Origin: Halocafeteria seosinensis
Lineage: Eukaryota
Reading direction: 5' to 3'
Length of the DNA stretch: 64,000 nucleotides
NCBI GenBank assembly: GCA_001687465.1
Contig: LVLI01000101.1
Coordinates: 1-64,000 of the forward strand
Position numbers and translations under genes: made by a program. Positions 1 through 12,152 of the stretch are shown here, piece after piece; position 1 is the stretch's first letter, and every line of letters starts with the position of its first letter. Below the pieces are notes generated by a model. That model searched no databases, was not told where the DNA came from, and saw only the letters and a program-made list of their open reading frames with translations.

Positions 1-398
1 CTTCTACCTTTGATCAGTAATATTCCAAGATCATCAACAATACACACTACTTATGGATATTAGGGCTCACGGGGACACCAGTGATTGGTTGATCGATGTG
101 ACGGTCCCAAGCCCCTTGTCTGACGATCGATTAGTGAGATCAGCGTGTTCCAAGTTGTGGACAGCCAAGCAAGCAGAGAATGCCAAACTGAGGAAGTATG
201 CCCATCTGAAGGTTTGGAGTTCGTGCAGTTGCGTTACTCAAGCGGTTGTCGAGACTGCATGTCACGAGGCTGGCGTGTGTAGGTGAACGGAAGAACTTTC
301 AAAAATTGGTGACTGCCAAGATTTCGGTTTGTCTGATGCGCGAGAATGTGCACATGATAGATCATTTCTTGGGGAATCTTGGGTCACTTGAAGAGTAA
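1..398 (+). mobile_element. Decayed 3' end of a non-LTR retrotransposon ORF (restriction-like endonuclease, CRE/R2-type)
   Basis: 53-210 reads MDIRAHG..WLIDVTVPSP....AKQAENAKLRKYAHL, matching the PD-(D/E)xK RLE pattern (D.....IDVT....E..K..KY). After a frame change the sequence reads RFGVRAVALLKRL...KISVCLMRENVHM*, ending at TAA 396-398, which resembles the C-terminus of CRE-like elements. The usual F.P...E..G segment between the two parts is missing. Confidence 0.65.
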
Positions 399-674
399 TT
401 TTAGGTATTCTTTCATTTTTCCTCAATCTTTGCAGCGATTAAGGAATATGATTTCGGAATGGAGCAATAACGGTTGTATGAAAAATGACAAAGAGGAAAC
501 ACGGCATCCTCTTGTCATCAGGTGATACGGCTGGATCCGCATGCGCAGCGATAGTGTTAACACAGACCAACGGCCTCACAGTTGGCACTACAGTGCATCA
601 CTGTTCGTCATTATCTTCGCAAGAAAATGGAAGCTATATCTTGTTGCAGTTACATTCTTTCTGGTAAGAGCGAC

Positions 675-2380
675 TCAAAACCAATTGTCTGGTCCTACGA
701 ACAGAAGCTCCATAGAGCCTGTCTGAGACTCTGCAAGGTAGGCTTCTAGTTCGCTATCTTTTAGATGATAGACATTAGATTCATAAAGTTTGTATCCGTA
801 ATCCCGGAGGATGTAAAGCAGTTTCCGCGGATCACACGAAGCGCTTCGTATGTGTTCTTGGTTAAACACCATGTGAACAAACGGGATTTTGCCCTGTGCT
901 AGGAGCCGCCGAGCCCCACGGAGAACTCTCACGTCACTCATCTCTGCTGAAATCTTTATCATATGAACATCCGTGGGATCTAGGCCAAACTCAGGATCGA
1001 AAATCAGTTCGTCGAGGACCACTGTATTTGCAGCGTTTACTTCGGTATCGGTCTGACGGTATGTTCTGGGATCCAGATGGCTTGCACCTGGATTGTGCTC
1101 CTCAAATTTGAATGGCACCTGCAAAGAGCGATCGTAAGCCGCGTTCTGGAATACCCAGGCTGTAGGGGCACGGTTATTTTCCCGAATTTTCGGTGAGCGA
1201 TTCATCCCGGATGACGTGTCCGCTGTGGAGTAACAAATGCCTGAGCGGTGAGAAACGTCATGCAGAATACTATTGAGTCACCTACCGATACGAATTCCGT
1301 TTGAAGACAGGCTACACAATATTTCAGAAATCTGCTCTCTCGACGGTTCCAAAATTATTGCATCGTATCCTCTCTTCGTAGCCAAGATAGAATAAAAACC
1401 AAGATTTGCTCCAACCTGAGGCCATATAGCGTGGAAAACAGTAGTAGGGAGAGGGGAGAAACTAAAACACAAGTTGGTATAAGACTTACATCAATGTAGA
1501 CGGTCCTACCAAAGTTCTTTGTTGGTAACGCGAATTGGTGAATGTCCTTTTTCATGCCATTCCATAACCCCATTTCTTGTATAGCTTTACTTATGTGAGG
1601 ATCTTGTTGGGGATCTGCACGGATTCCAATGGTCATTCAGAAGGAGGAACGCTCTCATGCCATCGTAAAGCTAAATTTTCGCGGGGTGAACTTACCGAAC
1701 GTGCATAGGCCGAAAGGGATGGCAGAGTCAACACGGTCTTTCCACGAGCAAATGGTTGGGCATCTAGCCTCCCAGTTCTCGTACCCTTGTTGGTGATTGC
1801 CAACATGGATCCATCGGCTATGCACAGCGGTCTTATCCTGCAGCATACTTTCCGTGGATACTTCCGTTCCGGTTAAATCAGTATCTTCGCAAAAATCGTC
1901 GAGCACCTCTGCCTCCTTGTATTTCAAAATCTCGCGCTTCTGATGTCCCAAGCCTACCATCTCCGCTTGGGAGTCGTCTGATCGACGGTAAGGTTCGCTG
2001 CCTCTGGCCGTCCGCAATGAAGCTCGCATACTGTGCAGGTCAGCTTCAATTCCTTTCTGTAACAGCGTTGCGTGGCGTGTATGTAGACCTTGGCCTTGGG
2101 GGGCGTTTTTATCACCGTGCTCCGTTATCACATGATCTACTGCTTCGACAAAAAGATCTAAACATACTACGATGATTGCCACACACATTATCCATTTCAA
2201 AAGTCGTTTCCACGTTAAGGAGAAGAAGTATTCCCCAACCTGAACGTATTCTCCTACAGGCTTGCCCTTTAAAATACCGCGTCCTTTCATCTTTCCACCC
2301 CCGTCCTCAATATCTACACTGTGGTAATTACCTCCTATTGCATGCGTATGAGGGTATCCTCCCCCCACGTGATGCCTCAT
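675..2380 (-). CDS. FkbM-family (Methyltransf_21) SAM methyltransferase with N-terminal TM anchor; about 4 exons
   Basis: The spliced YIDVGANLGFYSILATKRGYDAIILEP SAM motif, a later LDELI..VHMIKISAEMSDVRVLRGA..LL segment (degenerate KIDVEG), and TM segment WIMCVAIIVVCLDLFV in exon 1. Confidence 0.75.
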
Positions 2381-2720
2381 AACAGTTTGCGCAGAAATCC
2401 ACGATGATGCCTCCACAAACTCAGTACAAAGGTTACGAGGCAGGAGTGTTACTGATTCACTCCTGATAACCCCAAGGAGACGGTACGAAGTCGTCGTCGC
2501 CTGTTACAAGTCACTGTCAAGGGACAAACAGAGTAATTTCTATTTAGGTAGATGATACCATAAGTAGGGCAAGCCCTACCTTCACAAGGCGATTTGCTGT
2601 TGGTCTTCTGACTTCGTACAGTTGTACAACACAGTACAGTACCCAGTACGCATAAGGATCATAGTAAGTGGAAACAATTACAGTTTTGATACCAGAAACA
2701 ACCAGTTATGTTGAATATTG

Positions 2721-4566
2721 TCAGTCGTCATCATCATCACTGTCATTATCGTCACCATGTGGCGTCGTGGCAGCAAGCTCAGCCGGTAAAGGAGGTGGTG
2801 GGGGGCACGGAACAACTGAGTCGATGGAAGGACAATCCGTAGGTTCATAAGGCTGGGCGTCATCTCCATGTGTTTCGGGTTCCTGTATTTGAGCCAACTT
2901 CGACTCCGATTTGTCGCTGAGCAATTCCTCGATGTTGAACACTTGATTAGAGTCAATATGACATCGGTAAGGTATACGAGGTGGAGAGTCATCGGGCCAT
3001 GCAACTGGATAATGCAAACGAAAAGATGATATTGGAGGGACATTAACGCCTTCGGATATGATATTTTCCAGGCGCTTTGACCCAGATGCTTTGAAACGAG
3101 TCTGCAATCCTCTTGCTCGACGACAACAAAATATCCGATAAACCCCCGCCACTTCCCATTCTTCCGCGGATAGCCTGCAATTTCCTGAACCATCAACGAT
3201 ATTAAGTGTTTGTAAGAGGTCCTGATATCTGCAAAACATATGCTAGGTAAATGTTGCATCGCTCAACCCACGTTCGATAATGCGCTTACTTCTTCCTCCT
3301 CCCTTCATCCGTATGGACACACATTTGAGAGAAGAAGTCCCAAAAGTTGTACGTAGCTATTAGTTCCATGCCAGACATAATACAGAGGAGTTCCAAAAGC
3401 TCCACAGGTATTAAATATTCAGGTATGTCTTGCACTTGGTTCTGCATTATAGACAGCTTCATGTCAGAACAGTTACCAAACCATATGGTAACGGTGGAAA
3501 CGCTTACCTCCAAACTAAATACATATTTGACACCAAATGGATCAGAATCTAGATGCCATTGTCGCGATTTGCTCTCTGGTGTAAACTTAACTCTGTACAA
3601 ACTGTTTCCAAACTCATAGGAGCCTTCTGGCAGGTCCCTGATCCTACGAACGATGACGTTCGCATCTGGGATTGTGCCGATGAAGACCCCATTCTCCGCA
3701 AGTCTTCCTTGTATATTTTGGAAGAACCTCATCGCCTTCATCTCGCTTTCAAATAAGTAATGCAGAGCAAACTGCATGCTAATTGCATGAAATGTCTCCT
3801 TACCGCTGATAGAAGGATTTGACGACCTTGTACTATGATCGTCGAAAAGCCCTGTTCCGTTCAAGTCAGTTGTGCCCAAGTCCGCAACGGCAAACTTGGC
3901 AACAAAAAATTCACTGTTAAGTTGATTCTGTCGGCCTTGTTGAGCATGAGAAGTAATCCTTGCAATGTGGTCGTTGTATCTACCGGTGGCGTCTACCACC
4001 TGCTCAGACGCAATGTCTATCCCGACGTACTTTAGCACCCCGGCTGCAACCCACTTACGCAGGTCACCAAACTTTCCACATGCCAAGTCTAGTACCCGGT
4101 TACACGACACTGGGGTATACTCTTGGATTAAAACACTTTTTATCCAGTTGTTGAAATTTCTCAGGTTGTAAATCCGACTGTCTTCACGCTCTTTCGGTGT
4201 TTGCTGTTCGAGTCGGTCATACTTGGCCCTCACAGCTGCACTATTATCACCGGGTAAGGAGGCACTGCTCTCTCCACCATCCGTTGTAAAAGGGGCTCGG
4301 TCGGCAGAATCATCCTCAGTGCCTCCTGGGGGTTCTTCGTCCTGCCGATGATGTGTAAACGCGGCTCCGTAGGTAGCATCGGGGCTCTCGTCACCCCCGT
4401 TCGCAACCGGGCTGCGTGTTTGGGGATCGCCATCTGCCGGCCATTCATACGTGGCTTTGTTTGTCGTCGTATTGAAAAAGTACCATTTGCCTGTCGATCT
4501 TGACCGAGCCGTAATCCAGCCCTGGTCTCTCAGAGATTGAGGCAGGTGTGGTTCCTCTGAGGACAT
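2721..4566 (-). CDS. RNMT: mRNA cap guanine-N7 methyltransferase with N-terminal WW-like domain; about 3 exons
   Basis: SRIYNLRNFNNWIKSVLI, VLDLACGKFGDLRKW, SMQFALHY.FESE, GVFIGTIPDA, IPEYLI and LSAEEWEVAGVYRIF are typical Abd1/RNMT motifs. Confidence 0.93.
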
Positions 4567-4958
4567 CCCTTCGGTTCATTGAAAACACCCCACAACTGCT
4601 AGGTACAGCTTCGATTCGTCTACCGTATCTTACATGCGCACACGTACTACAATGACAAGCAATACCCCTCCCAAATGTCATACAAACACGTTGAAACACC
4701 CAGTTGGCCACACCGACGAAATGTTTATTCCGTCAGGAGAGGTTGGCAAAACTTCAACCTGCCGTTAAAACGACGATAGTACAACCAAACTAGCTATGCA
4801 TCAATGTTGTACAAGCATTTATTGGACAGTATTAATGGGAGAAACCAAAAACAATTCTCAAACGAACTATACTTTCTGCAGATTTTTCTTTGTGTTTTTA
4901 TTGAGGCGTGCTACTTCTTCATTTTGAACCAGACGGACGAGCAGGGACCACTACTGAT

Positions 4959-5641
4959 ATGTCTTCTGCGTCAGCAACCGGACGAGGAGGAGGAGGAGCA
5001 GCCGGAAATACGAGCATCAGTCAACACCAGTTGTATACTGATAACAGTCGACCTGGTTTAACGAAGGATGAAATAGAAGAAATCAGGGAAGCGTTCAACC
5101 TCTTCGACACAGATGGCAGCGGCGCTATAGACCCAAAAGAGCTGAAACAAGCTATGCAAAGCTTAGGCTTCGAGTCTAAGAACGCTACCATATACCAAAT
5201 GATATCCGATATAGACAAAGATGGGAATGGATCGATTGAATTTGACGAATTCCTGGACATGATGACAGCAAAAATGGTGCGTATGAGCTAACGTGGTTTA
5301 GCACAATGTGAAGTACTCAATGGCATATTATTTCCGCGGGCAACGAACAGAGTGATAGGGACAGTCGAGAGAGCATAATGAATGTGTTTCATTTATTTGA
5401 TGATGATGGTACTGGCAAGATTTCGTTGAGGAACCTCAAACGGGTTGCGCGAGAGCTGGGAGAAACGATGACGGGTAAGGAAGAAGCCACCGTCCATGAC
5501 TAAGCTCTTTCTCGTACTCTTCTTTTCTATGGTACAGATGCGGAATTAATGGAAATGATTGAGCGTGCCGACTTGGATCAAGACGGAGAAATTAGCCCGG
5601 ACGAGTTCTATCAGATAATGACCAAGAAGACCTTCTCTTGA
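4959..5641 (+). CDS. CETN: Centrin (caltractin), 4 EF-hands; 3 exons
   Basis: [33 protein letters not shown]. Exon 2 has [27 protein letters not shown] and exon 3 has [29 protein letters not shown]. Introns at about 5277-5350 and 5475-5538. Confidence 0.95.
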
Positions 5642-6259
5642 GCATAACAACGCCCTTCTGTAAAGCAATGAATTTCTAGTGCCTCTATATACCACCTATG
5701 CATATCTTTGCATTCTCATCGCCTGTTTTAATAAATGAACAATATGCTGTTGTGGGTCAGGAATGGTTAGTCTATGTGCGCTGTGAGTTCACAGAGATGA
5801 GCTGCATCATCATGACATCATGTATTTCCAACTTGAACCACCCCGGTTGTACCATTATGGTAACCATATGGTATGACACACAGACCAGTTGTTGTTGTTA
5901 GGGGCAATCTCAGCTGTTTTGATGCACTTTAATTGTTAAAAATACTGAATACGGTGTTTTCTTTTCCATAAGTAACCTAATTTCCTCCAAATTTGCTTGC
6001 CGAGTGCAAGCGTGGGACGAGGAACCTGGGGAGCTGTGGTTACTGCCCGATAAAGACAGCAGCGAAGTCAATCGGTTCCCTCCCGCTCTAGGGTTTATTC
6101 CACTCGCATATTTGATATGATATTGTGCTCACCATCTCTTATCGTGAAGTGAGGTATCATTAGCGACGTCAGTGTTCTTGCCAAAAACCTCAACAATCCG
6201 CTTAACAGGGTGAAAAAGTGATTCACTTTGTCCCACTTGCGTACATCCATAAGGACACA

Positions 6260-8175
6260 ATGGGGAACAGAGCATCCCGTGCAGAGGAGACGGAAGCCAA
6301 TGGACACGGAGGAGATGTAGTGAGGCAGCATAACACTCGTAATCAGACCCGTGGAAATGGCAATCCTGAAGATGGTGAGGAAACTCGCTCCCACTCAACC
6401 TCGTCCAGTGAAGAGGCAGATCAGCGACAACGACCAGGCACAATTGCTATGATTAGGCAAGGGTAAGTTTGATGCGTCTTTTTTTAATTTTTCCAAGCTG
6501 ATTTCTTGCTGATGTCATCTATTGTGCTTTGTGTCGTGGAACAGCTACTCACATGTGGTTAACGCTATCATTCGACCACCCCGTGCCAGCTACTCACATG
6601 CTGACCTAGGTATGTAGCCCAGGGCCTCAGGCTATCTCAGGATGAACCTTCGGAATCCAATTACCGTTCTACCCTCGCGGCATTTTCATGCAGGTCCTTC
6701 AACGTTTACATTTGTGGGAAGGAAGTTCCAGAGGACTGACTTGGAATTGACCAACCAAAGAGGACAGCGATTGGTGTGCTCCCATTGGGAACCCACGGAG
6801 GAATGCAGGCCGCGGAATGACTTGCCATGTGTGGTTTATTTGCATGGGAATTCGTCAAGTCGCCTAGGAGCCATGGAGATAATTGATTGTGTCCTGAGGG
6901 AAGGCTGTACTCTCTTTGCTCTCGATTTAGCAGGATCGGGCCTTAGCGAAGGTAAGAAGGGTATGTAGCGACCAAACCCCGACTTGCCCAACATGTCAAT
7001 GATCAACTAACACCACAGGGGAATACGTTACCTTAGGAGAATATGAAAAAGATGACGTTGCGGCTGTCATTGACTATTTGCGAAACGCCGGGAGGACGTC
7101 TACCATCGCCCTCTGGGGTCGTAGCATGGGAGCTGCTACTGCTCTCTTGCACAGCCACAGAGATCCTTCCATCGCTGCCATAGTGCTAGATAGTCCGTTT
7201 GCGTCCTTGCGTCAGCTGGCTAATGTAAGTATTCCGCGTCCCGAAGGCAATTGGTGACACTTGCTAGTCATGTTGGTGTTGTCCCGTGAAGCAGGAGATG
7301 GTGGAGCGTGGGAAGGCTCAGTCCGGATACAATATTCCTGGCTTTATCATTAATATCGCTATCCGTATCGTGGCATCTTCAGTGTGGAAGAAGTCCCGTC
7401 TAGATCTTAACGCTTTAAGGCCGATTGAGCATGTAAACAAAGCCTTCGTACCCGCGTTATTTTGTGCTGCAGAGGATGACGACTTCATATCTCCTCACCA
7501 CAGTCGCGAGATGTAAGCAATATGGAAAGGATGATGTCTTACTCTTGCTTGCGTATCTCTCTAAGCTGCTCCTGCAGCTACGAAGTATATGCCGGTGACA
7601 AGAATTTCATTCTAGTGGACGGTGGACATAATGGGATAAGGCCTCAATTTTTTCTGGATAGTGCAGCAATATTTTTGCGGGCCACCATGCAAATACCGGA
7701 GGAATGTCCCCTAGAATCGTTGGACGCTAGTGACGGGACAGAGAACGAGACAATTCGGGATGCTTGGATGCGTGAGGATGGATGGATGGGCCAGCACTCA
7801 CGAGCGGAGGAGGAAGCCGCTATGATGGAACAAATACGGGATGCAGCCTCTACTGTAGTGGGACGGGGAGAGTCTAGCAATCGACAAGAGCGCACTAGCC
7901 GATCAGCCAGCCATAATGGAGAAGGTGACAGCGTTTCAGCTATCGAAGCAGCATCAGCTGCTAGTCATGGATCGTCGCGCATTGGTGCTGCAAAAGGCTC
8001 TTCTAACCACGAAGGTAATCATGATCGGGAAGGATTAGAGCCGGTGCAGCATCAGCAGTTCCCCCACCAGCAAACCTCGCAGAGAGCACAAAACAACAGT
8101 ATTCGTGAGAGAGACAATAGACGGGACGCGCGCAGACGCCCGCCTCCAGCTCCCAGCAAGGAAGACAAACTTTGA
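6260..8175 (+). CDS. Alpha/beta hydrolase (YqkD/S33-like); multi-exon
   Basis: VNAIIRPPRASY, PCVVYLHGNSSSR, nucleophile elbow LWGRSMGAATA, LDSPF, DDFI and GGHN (His). The N-terminus MGNRAS could be myristoylated. Confidence 0.88.
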
Positions 8176-8235
8176 TCGTGGCAACAACAATGCGTTTTGA
8201 GCCGATGCTGGATATCAACTAAAATGGAAGTTGTA

Positions 8236-10255
8236 TTACTCTGTAATATACGTCGGGAAAGGGCAATAGCCATAGTCGGCGCTCGGTCGGACAGGTCCGG
8301 CTCCAATGTTCCTTTGGGCCAAATGACACTGCATATAGGCAAGTCGCGGCCATGCAACATCAACATTGTTGTAAGATTGCTCTGACCACAATCGCTCGGC
8401 GGCTCCACAAGCACGAGGCCACATGCGTGAATCTATATTCAGCCCTGTAACTTGCTCTCCCCATTGAGAGGCTTCACCACCTGCAACTACTTACTATGGT
8501 AGTAAGCTGTGGCTGGAGAGGAATACCCGTCAATCGAAAGAGAACTTACCGAGCACTAGCTCTTTCTGTTTAGGGGTCATTCCACTTGGAAACGGCTCAT
8601 TTTGCCAAAAATTGGTCCACGTATCTTCCCAAAGATAATGAGATGCTCCTGGTGGATTTTGCTGATCGAGATACCATCCTGCAATGAATGAGACCGGATA
8701 AAATCCACTTAAAAGACAAAGTTATGGCCAATACGGCATCCGTACCATAATTGTAAATAAGAGATAGGCCATTAGAAGTCACGTTCTTTACGACGCTACT
8801 CAGCCAAGCATTGACTATACTTGAACTGTCAAAATGGAAGCCATCATCATACACCTCTTCCCATAAGATTGCCCGCTTCTTGTGTTTTTGGACAATCGCC
8901 TGTATTTGATTTTCGAAATAGTTTCTGACTTCATGAATTGTATTGAACCCTTTTTCGTTCATCCAGCTTTGTACTTTGCTGCTTGTTTGCCAGCAATATG
9001 TGTCTTTCACTTCATCGCCTCCGATGTGAAAGAAACCACTCGTGTTGAAGAGGGGATCAAATTCTTCCATCAAATCGTCGAACACTGCATATACATTGAA
9101 CGAGTCAGTATCAGTAGGATCCAGTAAAGTTTGATGTCCCGGGCATTGAATTGTTAGTTGAGGGTAGGCAAGCCCCCACGAAGAAGCGTGCGCAGGCATG
9201 TCGATTTCTGGTATCACCATGATTCCGCGTTCGAAGGCATAGTTCACGATATCCTGAAACACAGAGAATCCTAATGGTGCATGATGTCAAGCAGTGAAAT
9301 GTCCAACTTTGATCACTTTAGTTACCTCAACATCTCCGTGATCGTACACTGTTCCTGGTCGGTATGCAGCCTTCTTCGTAAAATTGGGATACTTGTCACT
9401 CTTGAGGGGCCAACTTTGATCTGCAGAACCGTACATTATGTTCAAAACATTGACTGTTTTTGCGAATCGAGCAGAAACTACAGGCGCTCTTACCATCTGT
9501 CAGATGCCAGTGCAACACATTGTACTTAACAAAACTCATGCTGTCGAGTATCCGGAATATAGATTTCTTGGACAGAAAGTGTCTCGAAGAGTCACTGCAT
9601 GAAATCGTAACGAGTTCCAAAACAAAAGCAGCCAATTCGACAGTCTTCGACACGCATCTTACATTAGAACGCCTCGCCAGGGGAACCTTGGATCATCCGT
9701 TACTGAGACGGGGGCTCCGTGGAGGTAGTACACAGTCTCGTCGGTAACATTGGCATCCCACCAGATCAACTGGGACAGTGATTCGATACCTCGCAATGCT
9801 CCCCACTGATTCCATCCCTCGATGGTAGCGTGACCATCGGCCTTCACTTCCAAAGTGTAGGATTCGTTGACCCCGAATTCCAATGGCTCGTCGTTCCGCA
9901 CAAGCACCTCAACCACTTCCAGCGCTCCCGCAGTCTCCGTGTTCTTGTCTTGCGAGAGCGAGTTTGGAGACCCTTCGACAAAAATCAATCGTCTATCGCC
10001 ATCTGTTGCGATGTACCGACTGAATGCCGCAGGTAACGGATCTGGACACCCAGCGGGGGAGCTCCGTGAACACTTAAAATGGAAGTGAGGGGAAACTGGT
10101 ATTTTGTTCGACCCTGTGCTGAACTCATGCGGCTGCGGCCAAATCGTCGCATTCTGGATGATAGGGGTGTAAGCTGACACATAGACATTTTGCGATAGTG
10201 CCAACACAACAGCCAAGACGGGTACTACGCTGAGAGAAGACCGAGCAAGCCTCAT
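8236..10255 (-). CDS. Beta-N-acetylhexosaminidase (GH20) with signal peptide; multi-exon
   Basis: Signal peptide followed by IWPQP, DDPRFPWRGVL, SSRHFL, NVLHWHLTD, VIPEIDMPAH, FHIGGDEV (catalytic DE) and AERLWS. Confidence 0.93.
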
Positions 10256-10661
10256 TCTTCGAAGAATGTGCACGAAACACCAACAGGGCGTTGTTTCTTG
10301 AGAAAACACTAACAGGTGGATGTTGAAAATAAATGCTATTGCTTATCTGAGTTTGTGGACAACCAACCACTCAGACACTGTCGTTCTGCTTTCACTATGC
10401 TGTCTCGTCAACAAACAAGGCCTCGTATTCGTACATCTCGCATATCATACGCCCTGCATCCGCGCTAGGAAGTTGAACAAGAGGCGTGAACCTGAGTATC
10501 CGATCCGTCCATTAGAGATGATCAATACAGTGAGTATGTCCCGAAAGTGTGAGTGAATGATAGGCGATAGATTCCATAGTATACTCTTCGAAAGGGGCTC
10601 CTAACTACTTGAAGGCGGAGAGTATAGGGTTGTGTGTTGGGTCTTGGAAAAGCAACACAGA

Positions 10662-11978
10662 ATGTCTGTCCAGCAGAGATTGGGTCTTGCAGCATCCTCC
10701 GGATGTAAGACGTCATTGAGGAGTATGGTGGTACCGTATTCCTCTCGCTCCGCAAACGTCGGAAAACTATCTCGTTCGTGGCTTTCTCACGGTGTTACTC
10801 AGTCGTTGTCCACAGCAGAATCGAATGTCAACTCCGCGCAATCCTGGCAGGTCTTTGACAACGGTAACTCGCAGAACACCGGAAGATTTCTAGGATTAGC
10901 CGCATCGGCAATCACAGCACTAATATGGAACACTGCTGCTGCCGAGAAGGACGGAGGTGCTGAAGAACAAGGGTCAAAGAATGAGGAGTTCCACCCGGCC
11001 GAGTCAATAGCCAAGGGCAAGCTGGAATCATACAAATTAGCTCAGTACTTTGATCACACACTGTTGAAAGTAAGGACATCGATAACGGTGGAATATACCA
11101 AATACTCAGACTACGAGCAAATCTTTGCTGCAGCCCGATGCAACTCCTCAAGACATCGAAAAACTGTGCCAAGAAGCAATCGACTACGGATTCTACTCAG
11201 TGTGTGTGAATTCCTGTCACGTGAACACAGCTAGACGAGTAAGTTGACTAGTTGTTTGGAAAATATAAAGCATGAGACTACTTTTCTTCGATCCTTACAG
11301 TATCTGGAAGAGCACGAGGGGGGTGATGCTGTCGGTATAACAGCAGTCGTGGGATTCCCTCTAGGTGCCTCACAGAGCTCGGTTAAGGCATACGAAGCAG
11401 AAACTGCAATACAAGATGGTGCTGAAGAAATAGATATGGTAATACCCGTAGGGTACTTAAAAACAGCGCCAACCCCAAGCAAACTAGCACAGGGGCAAAA
11501 ACCGGATCACTCTGGCATAAGTTACATAATCCGTGATATTTCCTCCGTGGCCTCCACGGTCAAGAGATATGATGAATGCAAGCTTAAAGTTATTCTCGAG
11601 ACCGCTCTTTTGAGTAAAGAAGAAATAGAACTGGGGGTTTTTCTGGCAGGGACCGCCGGGGCCGATTTTGTGAAGACATCTACAGGTATGCGCCGCGGAC
11701 TACTCAAGAAGCGAGTCTGAGGTTGACGTTTGATATTTTGCAACGCAGGCTTTTCGAAAGGAGGTGCAACGGTAGAAGATGTTCGTCTGATGGCAGAACA
11801 CGCGAAAAGCGCTGGAGGTATGGAAGTAAAGGCCTCAGGAGGTATCAAGACCTTGATGGATGCAGCACTCATGATCCAAGCCGGAGCCACACGGCTCGGT
11901 GCCAGCTCCGGTGTGTCAATTGTCGAAGAGGCCAGGCGCCTTGAGAAATTAGAAAAGGAGAGTAAATCCAATGAGTAG
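10662..11978 (+). CDS. deoC: Deoxyribose-phosphate aldolase with long N-terminal extension; 4 exons
   Basis: [40 protein letters not shown] (Schiff-base Lys), VKASGGI and [10 protein letters not shown]. Confidence 0.93.
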
Positions 11979-12152
11979 GTCCTAGATGTAGATTCCGATG
12001 GTACTTCTGTACGTCATTGTGTTGTTGGCAGCTTGTTGAATCGAGCTTCACAAAACCAACGATAACGACTCAATCAATGGCAAACTGACAATCCCGATTT
12101 GTTACAACCATATCTATGCATGCGTACTGGTTGATTACCTACTCTTGATACG

